Source: Azolla caroliniana (taxonomy: Eukaryota > Plantae > Polypodiophyta). Taken from it: a DNA stretch of 64,000 nucleotides. A program made the position numbers and the translations under genes. Location: contig JBHGNT010000001.1 of NCBI GenBank assembly GCA_043228905.1, positions 26,474,001 through 26,538,000 on the forward strand, in the 5' to 3' direction. The notes under the pieces were generated by a model. It made no database searches. It was not told where the DNA came from and worked only from the letters and a program-made list of their open reading frames with translations. Shown piece after piece: positions 47,554 to 59,947 of this stretch. Every line of letters starts with the position of its first letter. Within the stretch, counting starts at the first letter, position 1.

Positions 47554-48273
47554 ATAGTTGATCTAGTATTACTTTATCAATAACACGACTATTAATGTTC
47601 TAACATTGATGTTTGTTGATGCTATTCTAAATTACTTTTTGGTTCTCAAAATAATAGTGGATTATCATAATATTAAAGCTTAACATCCACTTTGTCAAAT
47701 TCGAACCAACGACCTAAGGATCACAATAAGTTATGTACAGTCCTTTGCTCCATCAATTGAGGTAAGGGCACATGATTGATCTAATTACATTTAATCATAT
47801 AAAATTAATTTATATATATGTATATTGCTTATCAACACAAGAATCCATTACAATCGTATGAATGTTGGATATCCAACATCTCGAATTTGAACTAATAGGC
47901 ACGATACCACAATAGGTCAAGCACAATCTTCCAAACTATTAATTGAGCTAAATGGTATATTTAATGGACTCCCCAAAAGAATAATGGATTACCATGGATT
48001 GAATGCTTGAGCTTTGACCTCTCGGATTCTACCTAACGACCCAAGGATCGTACTAGTATGACACCTAACAATTTTCTTTTTAGCAATTGACCTAAGGTTG
48101 GATAGTTTATTTACAGAATTACATATGAGAATATAAAAAGTTTATATTGATGCATAGTGTGTTTCCGCAAAAGTAGAAAGGGTTATCATCATGAGAAAGC
48201 TTTAGATCTTACCTCTCGTATTTAAACTAACAATAAAAGCAACATAAATAGCAATCATAAGTCTGAAGAGTCT

Positions 48274-48277
48274 AAAA
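48274..48277 (-). terminator. First T4 run, 60 nt downstream of the tRNA-Tyr at 48337 (candidate Pol III terminator; recurs in other units)
   Basis: Only T3 directly after the gene; TTTT first appears at +60. Confidence 0.4.
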
Positions 48278-48336
48278 TTTATTTTTATTTATGCACAACA
48301 TGGATTAGTATACTACAATCGTAGGAAAGCTTGAGA

Positions 48337-48422
48337 TCCGACCTGTCGGATTCGAACCAACGACCTAAGGATCACAGTAGGCCAACTACAGTCCTCCGCT
48401 CTACCAACTGAGCTAAGGTCGG
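48337..48422 (-). tRNA. tRNA-Tyr: tRNA-Tyr(GUA), intact type A, intron TTGGCCTACTGTG
   Basis: Complete cloverleaf; CAA at -7 and an AT-rich upstream region, typical of plant tRNA genes. Confidence 0.95.
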
Positions 48423-49212
48423 ATAGTTGATATACAATATTACTTTATCAATAACAACGACTATTAAAGTTGTAATATTTATGTTTGCTGATGCATATTC
48501 TATATTACTTTCTGGTTCTGAAAATGATAATGGATTACCATAATATTAAAGCTTAACATCCATTTTGTCAGATTCGAACCAATGACCTAGGGATCACAAC
48601 AACTTATGTACAGTCCTCCGCTCCACTAATTAAGGTAAGGCTAGATGACTGTTCTAATTACATTTAATCATATAAAATTAATATAAATACATGTATATTG
48701 TGCATCCACAGAACAAAAATGCATTGGCATGGTATGAATGTCTGATATCTAACCTCTCGTATTTGAACTAATGAGCCTAATACCACAATAGGTCAACAAC
48801 AGTCCTCCAATCTGTCAACGGAAGTAAGACGCATATTGTATGGATTCCACAAAAGAATAATGCATTACCATGTATTGAATGCTTGCGATTTGATGTTTCC
48901 AATTCTACCTAACGACCCAAGGATCAATACTAGTGTGGCACCTACAAATTTTCGCTTTAATAACTGACCTAAGGTTGGATAGATTATTTACAAAATTACA
49001 TTTATCAGTGAAAAATTTATATAAATGCATATCGTGTTTGATCAAAAGTATAATGGCTTATCCCTGTAAGAAATCTTTAGATCTTATATCTCGTATTTGA
49101 ACTCACGATAAAAACAACATAAATAGCAGCCATTACTTTTAAGATTCTAAAATTTGTTTCTATTTATGGACAACGTGGATTAGTAGACTACAACTACTAG
49201 GAAAGCTTGAGA

Positions 49213-49298
49213 TCCGACCTGTCGGATTCGAACGAACGACCTAAGGATCACAGTGGGCCAACTACAGTCCTCCGCTCTACCAACTGAGCTAAGGGCGG
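49213..49298 (-). tRNA. tRNA-Tyr: tRNA-Tyr(GUA) type B variant (possibly impaired)
   Basis: Full length, anticodon GTA; C4:U69 and C52:C62 mismatches. Confidence 0.6.
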
Positions 49299-50081
49299 AT
49301 AGTTGATCTAGTATTACTTTATCAATAACATGACTATTAATGTTCTAACATTGATGTTTGTTGATGCTATTCTAAATTACTTTTTGGTTCTCAAAATAAT
49401 AGTGGATTATCATAATATTAAAGCTTAACATCCACTTTGTCAAATTCAAACCAACGACCCAAGGATCACAATAAGTTATGTACAGTCCTTTGCTCCATCA
49501 ATTGAGGTAAGGGCACATGATTGATCTAATTACATTTAATCATATAAAATTAATTTATATATATGTATAGTGCTTATCAACACAAGAATCCATTACAATC
49601 GTATGAATGTTGGATATCCAACATCTTAAATTTGAACTAATAGGCAGGATACCACAATAGGTCAAGCACAGTCTTCCAAACTATTAATTGAGCTAAATGG
49701 TATATTTAATGGACTCCCCAAAAGAATAATGGATTACCATGGATTGAATGCTTGAGATTTGACCTCTCGAATTCTACCTAACCACCCAAGGATCATACTA
49801 GTATGACACCTAACAATTTCCTTTTTAGCAATTGACCTAAGGTTGGATAGTTTATTTACAGAATTACATATGAGAATATAAAAATTTTATATTGATGCAT
49901 AGTGTGTTTCCGCAAAAGTAGAAAGGGTTATCATCATGAGAAAGCTTTAGATCTTACCTCTCGTATTTAAACTAACAATAAAAGCAACATAAATAGCAAT
50001 CATAAGTCTGAAGAGTCTAAAATTTATTTTTATTTATGCACAACATGGATTAGTATACTACAATCGTAGGAAAGCTTGAGA

Positions 50082-50167
50082 TCCGACCTGTCGGATTCGA
50101 ACCAACGACCTAAGGATCACAGTAGGCCAACTACAGTCCTCCGCTCTACCAACTGAGCTAAGGTCGG
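50082..50167 (-). tRNA. tRNA-Tyr: tRNA-Tyr(GUA), intact type A
   Basis: Identical to the 48337 copy. Confidence 0.95.
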
Positions 50168-50957
50168 ATAGTTGATATACAATATTACTTTATCAATAAC
50201 AACGACTATTAAAGTTGTAATATTTATGTTTGCTGATGCATATTCTATATTACTTTCTGGTTCTGAAAATGATAATGGATTACCATAATATTAAAGCTTA
50301 ACATCCATTTTGTCAGATTCGAACCAATGACCTAGGGATCACAACAACTTATGTACAGTCCTCCGCTCCACTAATTAAGGTAAGGCTAGATGACTGTTCT
50401 AATTACATTTAATCATATAAAATTAATATAAATACATGTATATTGTGCATCCACAGAACAAAAATGCATTGGCATGGTATGAATGTCTGATATCTAACCT
50501 CTCGTATTTGAACTAATGAGCCTAATACCACAATAGGTCAACAACAGTCCTCCAATCTGTCAACGGAAGTAAGACGCATATTGTATGGATTCCACAAAAG
50601 AATAATGCATTACCATGTATTGAATGCTTGCGATTTGATGTTTCCAATTCTACCTAACGACCCAAGGATCAATACTAGTGTGGCACCTACAAATTTTCGC
50701 TTTAATAACTGACCTAAGGTTGGATAGATTATTTACAAAATTACATTTATCAGTGAAAAATTTATATAAATGCATATCGTGTTTGATCAAAAGTATAATG
50801 GCTTATCCCTGTAAGAAATCTTTAGATCTTATATCTCGTATTTGAACTCACGATAAAAACAACATAAATAGCAGCCATTACTTTTAAGATTCTAAAATTT
50901 GTTTCTATTTATGGACAACGTGGATTAGTAGACTACAACTACTAGGAAAGCTTGAGA

Positions 50958-51043
50958 TCCGACCTGTCGGATTCGAACGAACGACCTAAGGATCACAGTG
51001 GGCCAACTACAGTCCTCCGCTCTACCAACTGAGCTAAGGGCGG
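50958..51043 (-). tRNA. tRNA-Tyr: tRNA-Tyr(GUA) type B variant (possibly impaired)
   Basis: Same as the 49213 copy. Confidence 0.6.
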
Positions 51044-51826
51044 ATAGCTGATCTAGTATTACTTTATCAATAACAGGACTATTAATGTTCTAACATTGAT
51101 GTTTGTTGATGCTATTCTAAATTACTTTTTGGTTCTCAAAATAATAGTGGATTATCATAATATTAAAGCTTAACATCCACTTTGTCAAATTCAAACCAAC
51201 GACCCAAGGATCACAATAAGTTATGTACAGTCCTTTGCTCCATCAATTGAGGTAAGGGCACATGATTGATCTAATTACATTTAATCATATAAAATTAATT
51301 TATATATATGTATAGTGCTTATCAACACAAGAATCCATTACAATCGTATGAATGTTGGATATCCAACATCTTAAATTTGAACTAATAGGCACGATACCAC
51401 AATAGGTCAAGCACAGTCTTCCAAACTATTAATTGAGCTAAATGGTATATTTAATGGACTCCCCAAAAGAATAATGGATTACCATGGATTGAATGCTTGA
51501 GATTTGACCTCTCGAATTCTACCTAACCACCCAAGGATCATACTAGTATGACACCTAACAATTTTCTTTTTAGCAATTGACCTAAGGTTGGATAGTTTAT
51601 TTACAGAATTACATATGAGAATATAAAAATTTTATATTGATGCATAGTGTGTTTCCGCAAAAGTAGAAAGGGTTATCATCATGAGAAAGCTTTAGATCTT
51701 ACCTCTCGTATTTAAACTAACAATGAAAGCAACATAAATAGCAATCATAAGTCTGAAGAGTCTAAAATTTATTTATATTTATGCACAACATGGATTAGTA
51801 TACTACAATCGTAGGAAAGCTTGAGA

Positions 51827-51912
51827 TCTGACCTGTCAGATTCGAACCAACGAGCTAAGGATCACAGTAGGCCAACTACAGTCCTCCGCTCTACCAACTG
51901 AGCTAAGGTCGG
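51827..51912 (-). tRNA. tRNA-Tyr: tRNA-Tyr(GUA) type A' variant (possibly impaired)
   Basis: C2:A71 mismatch, G52:U62 wobble, G46>C. Confidence 0.55.
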
Positions 51913-52042
51913 ATAGTTGATATACAATATTACTTTATCAATAACAACGACTATTAAAGTTGTAATATTTATGTTTGCTGATGCATATTCTATTTATGGA
52001 CAACGTGGATTAGTAGACTACAACTACTAGGAAAGCTTGAGA

Positions 52043-52128
52043 TCCGACCTGTCGGATTCGAACGAACGACCTAAGGATCACAGTGGGCCAACTACAGTCC
52101 TCCGCTCTACCAACTGAGCTAAGGGCGG
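52043..52128 (-). tRNA. tRNA-Tyr: tRNA-Tyr(GUA) type B variant (possibly impaired)
   Basis: Same as the 49213 copy. Confidence 0.6.
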
Positions 52129-52251
52129 ATAGTTGATCTAGTATTACTTTATCAATAAAACGACTATTAATGTTCTAACATTGATGTTTGTTGATGCTAT
52201 TCTAAATTACTTTTTGGTTCTCAAAATAATAGTGGATTATCATAATATTAA

Positions 52252-52311
52252 AGCTAAGGATCACAGTAGGCCAACTACAGTCCTCCGCTCTACCAACTGA
52301 GCTAAGGTCGG
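52252..52311 (-). pseudogene. 3'-truncated tRNA-Tyr (no T arm)
   Basis: 5' exon, intron and anticodon stem only. Confidence 0.8.
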
Positions 52312-53115
52312 ATAGTTGATATACAATATTACTTTATCAATAACAACGACTATTAAAGTTGTAATATTTATGTTTGCTGATGCATATTCTATATTACTTT
52401 CTGGTTCTGAAAATTGGTTCTGAAAATGATAATGGATTACCATAATATTATAGCTTAACATCCATTTTGTCAGATTCGAACCAATGACCTAGGAATCACA
52501 ACAACTTATGTGCAGTCCTCCGTTCCACTAATTAAGGTAAGGCTAGATGACTGTTCTAATTACATTTAATCATATAAAATTAATTTATATACATGTATAT
52601 TGTGCATCCACAGAACAAAAATGCATTGGCATGGCATGAATGTTTGATATCTAACCTCTCGTATTTAAACTAATGAGACCAACACCACAATAGGTCAACA
52701 ACAATCCTCCAATCTGTCAACGGAAGTAAGACGCATATTGTATGGATTCGGCAAAAGAATAATGCATTACCATGGATTGAATGCTTGCGATTTGATGTTT
52801 CCAATTCTACCTAACGACGCAAGGATCATACTAGTATGGCACCTACAAATTTTCGCTTTAACAACTGACCTAAGGTTGGATAGATTATTTACAAAATTAC
52901 ATTTAACAGTGTTAAAAATTAATATAGATGCATATCGTGTTTGATCAAAAGTATAATGGCTTATCACTGTCAGAAAACTTTAGATCTTATATCTCGTATT
53001 TGAACTCACGATAAAAACAACATAAATAGCAGCCATTACTTTTAAGATTCTAAAATTTGTTTCTATTTATGGACAACGTGGATTAGTAGACTACAACTAC
53101 TAGGAAAGCTTGAGA

Positions 53116-53201
53116 TCCGACCTGTCGGATTCGAACGAACGACCTAAGGATCACAGTGGGCCAACTACAGTCCTCCGCTCTACCAACTGAGCTAAGGGCG
53201 G
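53116..53201 (-). tRNA. tRNA-Tyr: tRNA-Tyr(GUA) type B variant (possibly impaired)
   Basis: Same as the 49213 copy. Confidence 0.6.
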
Positions 53202-53984
53202 ATAGTTGATCTAGTATTACTTTATCAATAAAACGACTATTAATGTTCTAACATTGATGTTTGTTGATGCTATTCTAAATTACTTTTTGGTTCTCAAAAT
53301 AATAGTGGATTATCATAATATTAAAGCTTAACATCCACTTTGTCAAATTCAAACCAACGACCCAAGGATCACAATAAGTTATGTACAGTCCTTTGCTCCA
53401 TCAATTGAGGTAAGGGCACATGATTGATCTAATTACATTTAATCATATAAAATTAATTTATATATATGTATAGTGCTTATCAACACAAGAATCCATTACA
53501 ATCGTATGAATGTTGGATATCCAACATCTCGAATTTGAACTAATAGGCACGATACCACAATAGGTCAAGCACAATCTTCCAAACTATTAATTGAGCTAAA
53601 TGGTATATTTAATGGACTCCCCAAAAGAATAATGGATTACCATGGACTGAATGCTTGAGATTTGACCTCTCGAATTCTACCTAACCACCCAAGGATCATA
53701 CTAGTATGACACCTAACAATTTTCTTTTTAGCAATTGACCTAAGGTTGGATAGTTTATTTACAGAATTACATATGAGAATATAAAAATTTTATATTGATG
53801 CATAGTGTGTTTCCGCAAAAGTAGAAAGGGTTATCATCATGAGAAAGCTTTAGATCTTACCTCTCGTATTTAAACTAACAATGAAAGCAACATAAATAGC
53901 AATCATAAGTCTGAAGAGTCTAAAATTTATTTATATTTATGCACAACATGGATTAGTATACTACAATCGTAGGAAAGCTTGAGA

Positions 53985-54070
53985 TCTGACCTGTCAGATT
54001 CGAACCAACGAGCTAAGGATCACAGTAGGCCAACTACAGTCCTCCGCTCTACCAACTGAGCTAAGGTCGG
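53985..54070 (-). tRNA. tRNA-Tyr: tRNA-Tyr(GUA) type A' variant (possibly impaired)
   Basis: Same as the 51827 copy. Confidence 0.55.
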
Positions 54071-54200
54071 ATAGTTGATATACAATATTACTTTATCAAT
54101 AACAACGACTATTAAAGTTGTAATATTTATGTTTGCTGATGCATATTCTATTTATGGACAACGTGGATTAGTAGACTACAACTACTAGGAAAGCTTGAGA

Positions 54201-54286
54201 TCCGACCTGTCGGATTCGAACGAACGACCTAAGGATCACAGTGGGCCAACTACAGTCCTCCGCTCTACCAACTGAGCTAAGGGCGG
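54201..54286 (-). tRNA. tRNA-Tyr: tRNA-Tyr(GUA) type B variant (possibly impaired)
   Basis: Same as the 49213 copy. Confidence 0.6.
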
Positions 54287-54409
54287 ATAGTTGATCTAGT
54301 ATTACTTTATCAATAAAACGACTATTAATGTTCTAACATTGATGTTTGTTGATGCTATTCTAAATTACTTTTTGGTTCTCAAAATAATAGTGGATTATCA
54401 TAATATTAA

Positions 54410-54469
54410 AGCTAAGGATCACAGTAGGCCAACTACAGTCCTCCGCTCTACCAACTGAGCTAAGGTCGG
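54410..54469 (-). pseudogene. 3'-truncated tRNA-Tyr (no T arm)
   Basis: Same junction as the 52252 fragment. Confidence 0.8.
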
Positions 54470-55273
54470 ATAGTTGATATACAATATTACTTTATCAATA
54501 ACAACGACTATTAAAGTTGTAATATTTATGTTTGCTGATGCATATTCTATATTACTTTCTGGTTCTGAAAATTGGTTCTGAAAATGATAATGGATTACCA
54601 TAATATTATAGCTTAACATCCATTTTGTCAGATTCGAACCAATGACCTAGGAATCACAACAACTTATGTGCAGTCCTCCGTTCCACTAATTAAGGTAAGG
54701 CTAGATGACTGTTCTAATTACATTTAATCATATAAAATTAATTTATATACATGTATATTGTGCATCCACAGAACAAAAATGCATTGGCATGGCATGAATG
54801 TTTGATATCTAACCTCTCGTATTTAAACTAATGAGACCAACACCACAATAGGTCAACAACAATCCTCCAATCTGTCAACGGAAGTAAGACGCATATTGTA
54901 TGGATTCGGCAAAAGAATAATGCATTACCATGGATTGAATGCTTGCGATTTGATGTTTCCAATTCTACCTAACGACGCAAGGATCATACTAGTATGGCAC
55001 CTACAAATTTTCGCTTTAACAACTGACCTAAGGTTGGATAGATTATTTACAAAATTACATTTAACAGTGTTAAAAATTAATATAGATGCATATCGTGTTT
55101 GATCAAAAGTATAATGGCTTATCACTGTCAGAAAACTTTAGATCTTATATCTCGTATTTGAACTCACGATAAAAACAACATAAATAGCAGCCATTACTTT
55201 TAAGATTCTAAAATTTGTTTCTATTTATGGACAACGTGGATTAGTAGACTACAACTACTAGGAAAGCTTGAGA

Positions 55274-55359
55274 TCCGACCTGTCGGATTCGAACGAACGA
55301 CCTAAGGATCACAGTGGGCCAACTACAGTCCTCCGCTCTACCAACTGAGCTAAGGGCGG
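55274..55359 (-). tRNA. tRNA-Tyr: tRNA-Tyr(GUA) type B variant (possibly impaired)
   Basis: Same as the 49213 copy. Confidence 0.6.
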
Positions 55360-56142
55360 ATAGTTGATCTAGTATTACTTTATCAATAAAACGACTATTA
55401 ATGTTCTAACATTGATGTTTGTTGATGCTATTCTAAATTACTTTTTGGTTCTCAAAATAATAGTGGATTATCATAATATTAAAGCTTAACATCCACTTTG
55501 TCAAATTCAAACCAACGACCCAAGGATCACAATAAGTTATGTACAGTCCTTTGCTCCATCAATTGAGGTAAGGGCACATGATTGATCTAATTACATTTAA
55601 TCATATAAAATTAATTTATATATATGTATAGTGCTTATCAACACAAGAATCCATTACAATCGTATGAATGTTGGATATCCAACATCTCGAATTTGAACTA
55701 ATAGGCACGATACCACAATAGGTCAAGCACAATCTTCCAAACTATTAATTGAGCTAAATGGTATATTTAATGGACTCCCCAAAAGAATAATGGATTACCA
55801 TGGACTGAATGCTTGAGATTTGACCTCTCGAATTCTACCTAACCACCCAAGGATCATACTAGTATGACACCTAACAATTTTCTTTTTAGCAATTGACCTA
55901 AGGTTGGATAGTTTATTTACAGAATTACATATGAGAATATAAAAATTTTATATTGATGCATAGTGTGTTTCCGCAAAAGTAGAAAGGGTTATCATCATGA
56001 GAAAGCTTTAGATCTTACCTCTCGTATTTAAACTAACAATGAAAGCAACATAAATAGCAATCATAAGTCTGAAGAGTCTAAAATTTATTTTTATTTATGC
56101 AGAACATGGATTAGTATACTACAATCGTAGGAAAGCTTGAGA

Positions 56143-56228
56143 TCTGACCTGTCAGATTCGAACCAACGAGCTAAGGATCACAGTAGGCCAACTACAGTCC
56201 TCCGCTCTACCAACTGAGCTAAGGTCGG
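56143..56228 (-). tRNA. tRNA-Tyr: tRNA-Tyr(GUA) type A' variant (possibly impaired)
   Basis: Same as the 51827 copy. Confidence 0.55.
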
Positions 56229-57032
56229 ATAGTTGATATACAATATTACTTTATCAATAACAACGACTATTAAAGTTGTAATATTTATGTTTGCTGATGC
56301 ATATTCTATATTACTTTCTGGTTCTGAAAATTGGTTCTGAAAATGATAATGGATTACCATAATATTATAGCTTAACATCCATTTTGTCAGATTCGAACCA
56401 ATGACCTAGGAATCACAACAACTTATGTGCAGTCCTCCGTTCCACTAATTAAGGTAAGGCTAAATGACTGTTCTAATTACATTTAATCATATAAAATTAA
56501 TTTATATACATGTATATTGTGCATCCACAGAACAAAAATGCATTGGCATGGCATGAATGTTTGATATCTAACCTCTCGTATTTAAACTAATGAGACCAAC
56601 ACCACAATAGGTCAACAACAATCCTCCAATCTGTCAACGGAAGTAAGACGCATATTGTATGGATTCGGCAAAAGAATAATGCATTACCATGGATTGAATG
56701 CTTGCGATTTGATGTTTCCAATTCTACCTAACGACGCAAGGATCATACTAGTATGGCACCTACAAATTTTTGCTTTAACAACTGACCTAAGGTTGGATAG
56801 ATTATTTACAAAATTACATTTAACAGTGTTAAAAATTAATATAGATGCATATCGTGTTTGATCAAAAGTATAATGGCTTATCACTGTCAGAAAACTTTAG
56901 ATCTTATATCTCGTATTTGAACTCACGATAAAAACAACATAAATAGCAGCCATTACTTTTAAGATTCTAAAATTTGTTTCTATTTATGGACAACGTGGAT
57001 TAGTAGACTACAACTACTAGGAAAGCTTGAGA

Positions 57033-57118
57033 TCCGACCTGTCGGATTCGAACGAACGACCTAAGGATCACAGTGGGCCAACTACAGTCCTCCGCTCTAC
57101 CAACTGAGCTAAGGGCGG
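57033..57118 (-). tRNA. tRNA-Tyr: tRNA-Tyr(GUA) type B variant (possibly impaired)
   Basis: Same as the 49213 copy. Confidence 0.6.
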
Positions 57119-57901
57119 ATAGTTGATCTAGTATTACTTTATCAATAAAACGACTATTAATGTTCTAACATTGATGTTTGTTGATGCTATTCTAAATTAC
57201 TTTTTGGTTCTCAAAATAATAGTGGATTATCATAATATTAAAGCTTAACATCCACTTTGTCAAATTCAAACCAACGACCCAAGGATCACAATAAGTTATG
57301 TACAGTCCTTTGCTCCATCAATTGAGGTAAGGCTACATGATTGATCTAATTACATTTAATCATATAAAATTAATTTATATATATGTATATTGTTTATCAA
57401 CACAAGAATCCATTACAATCGTATGAATGTTGGATATCCAACATCTCGAATTTGAACTAATAGGCACGATACCACAATAGGTCAAGCACAGTCTTCCAAA
57501 CTATTAATTGAGCTAAATGGTATATTTAATGGACTCCCCAAAAGAATAATGGATTACCATGGATTGAATGCTTGAGATTTGACCTCTCGAATTCTACCTA
57601 ACAACCCAAGGATCCTACTAGTATGACACCTAACAATTTTCTTTTTAGCAATTGACCTAAGGTTGGATAGTTTATTTACAGAATTACATATGAGAATATA
57701 AAATTTTTATATTGATGCATAGTGTGTTTCCGCAAAAGTAGAAAGGGTTATCATCATGAGAAAGCTTTAGATCTTACCTCTCGTATTTAAACTAACAATA
57801 AAAGCAACATAAATAGCAATCATAAGTCTGAAGAGTCTAAAATTTATTTTTGTTTATGCACAACATGGATTAGTATACTACAATCGTAGGAAAGCTTGAG
57901 A

Positions 57902-57987
57902 TCCGACCTGTCGGATTCGAACCAACGACCTAAGGATCACAGTAGGCCAACTACAGTCCTCCGCTCTACCAACTGAGCTAAGGTCGG
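57902..57987 (-). tRNA. tRNA-Tyr: tRNA-Tyr(GUA), intact type A
   Basis: Identical to the 48337 copy. Confidence 0.95.
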
Positions 57988-58778
57988 ATAGTTGATATAC
58001 AATATTACTTTATCAATAACAACGACTATTAAAGTTGTAATATTTATGTTTGCTGATGCATATTCTATATTACTTTCTGGTTCTGAAAATGATAATGGAT
58101 TACCATAATATTAAAGCTTAACATCCATTTTGTCAGATTCGAACCAATGACCTAGGGATCACAACAACTTATGTACAGTCCTCCGCTCCACTAATTAAGG
58201 TAAGGCTAGATGACTATTCTAATTACATTTAATCATATAAAATTAATTTATATACATGTATATTGTGCATCCACAAAACAAAAATGCATTGGCATGGTAT
58301 GAATGTTTGATATTTAACCTCTCGTATTTGAACTAATGAGGCCAACACCACAATAGGTCAACAACAGTATTCCAATCTGTCAACGGAAGTAAGACGCATA
58401 TTGTATGTATTCCGCAAAAGAATAATGCATTACCATGGATTGAATGCTTGCGATTTGATGTTTCCAAGTCTACCTAATGACCCAAGGATCATACTAGTAT
58501 GGCACCTACAAATTTTCGCTTTAACAACTGACCTAAGGTTGGATAGATTATTTACAAAATTACATTTAACAGTGTTAAAAATTTATATAGATGCATATCG
58601 TGTTTGCTCAAAAGTATAATGGCTTATCACTATAAGAAAACTTTAGATCTTATATCTCGTATTCGAACTAACGATAAAAACAACATAAATAGCAACTATT
58701 ACTTTTAAGATTCTAAAATTTGTTTCTATTTATGGACAACGTGGATTAGTAGACTACAACTACTAGGAAAGCTTGAGA

Positions 58779-58861
58779 TCCGACCTGTCGGATTCGAACG
58801 AACGACCTAACGATCACAGTGGGCCAACTACAGTCCTCTCTACCAACTGAGCTAAGGGCGG
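58779..58861 (-). pseudogene. tRNA-Tyr type B with a 3-bp deletion
   Basis: Deletion at the D-stem/anticodon-stem junction plus an anticodon-stem change. Confidence 0.78.
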
Positions 58862-59226
58862 ATAGTTGATCTAGTATTACTTTATCAATAACACGACTAT
58901 TAAAGTTCTAACATTGATGTTTCTTGAGGCTATTCTAAATTACTTTTTGGTTCTCAAAATGATAGTGGATTATCATAATATTAAAGCTTAACATCCACTT
59001 TGTCAAATTCGAACCAACGACCTAAGGATCACAGTAAGTTATGTACAGTCCTCTGCTCCATCAATTGAGGTAAGGCTGGATAGTTTATTTACAAAATTAC
59101 ATTTGATAGTCTAAAAAGTTTATATAGATGCATACCGTGTTTCCTGAAAAGTATAAAGGGTTATCATCGTCCGAAAATTTTTGAGCTTACTTCTCGTACG
59201 TTAAAAGCAACATAAATAGCAACCAT

Positions 59227-59863
59227 TGTTAGAAATATTGAGAATCAATTAGATAGATATATAGAGTTACAATTATAGAGATGGATATATGAAAAGAAAA
59301 CTTCTATTAGATATTAGAGTAGCTCACAATCGTAGTTTACCCATGCACTCACACCTTAGAGCTTAGATAGGATATAGAGCAGCTCACTACAAAATTAGTG
59401 GGGACTGATGATCAATCCAGCCACTGTGTAAGAAAGTGGATTATATTCTATGTTTGGCCTGAGTATAACATTAAATGTGCAAGTCAGTTGATAGTAGTGG
59501 AGATATTCCTTTTGTGTCAACTGACTTGTCATTTAATATGACCCAATTCCCTAGATATAGGCCACTGCTAGATAGTATTGATCTTGAAGTTAATGGCACA
59601 TATTTCAAGACTAAGTACATCGTAACTTGCCCAAAAATATTCTAGTTGACTTGATTAGCCAATCCTATTACCTATTTCGCTCTTTCCTAAATACATTGTG
59701 TCCTACACATCTACGATTTCCTAGATTAACACCTTATCAACCCATATGGTTGAGTTGCACACTAGCCACTCCTCATTTGGGGCTCTATCACAAAATGTGC
59801 ACTCTAAGAGCACATAAGGGGATAGATTTACAACTTCAGGTTGATCATTGATTATATCTAAAA
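59227..59863. mobile_element. Solo LTR (637 bp) inserted in the tRNA array
   Basis: TGTTAGA...TCTAAAA (terminal TAACA decayed), TSD ACCAT/ACCAT; the array unit resumes after it. Confidence 0.8.
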
Positions 59864-59890
59864 ACCATAACTCTTAAGATTCTAAAATTC

Positions 59891-59947
59891 TAGGGATCAC
59901 AGTAGGCCAACTACAGTCCTCCGCTCTACCAATTGAGCTAAGGTCTA
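59891..59947 (-). pseudogene. 3'-truncated tRNA-Tyr
   Basis: 5' exon and intron only. Confidence 0.75.

Noticed and set aside
47092-58619. Recurrent 66-87 aa ORFs (MYGFGKRIMH.., MLSYNIMV.., MISHYTFD..) as a small-protein family
   Set aside because: They overlap tRNA genes or relics, are broken in sister units and recur only because the DNA is repeated.
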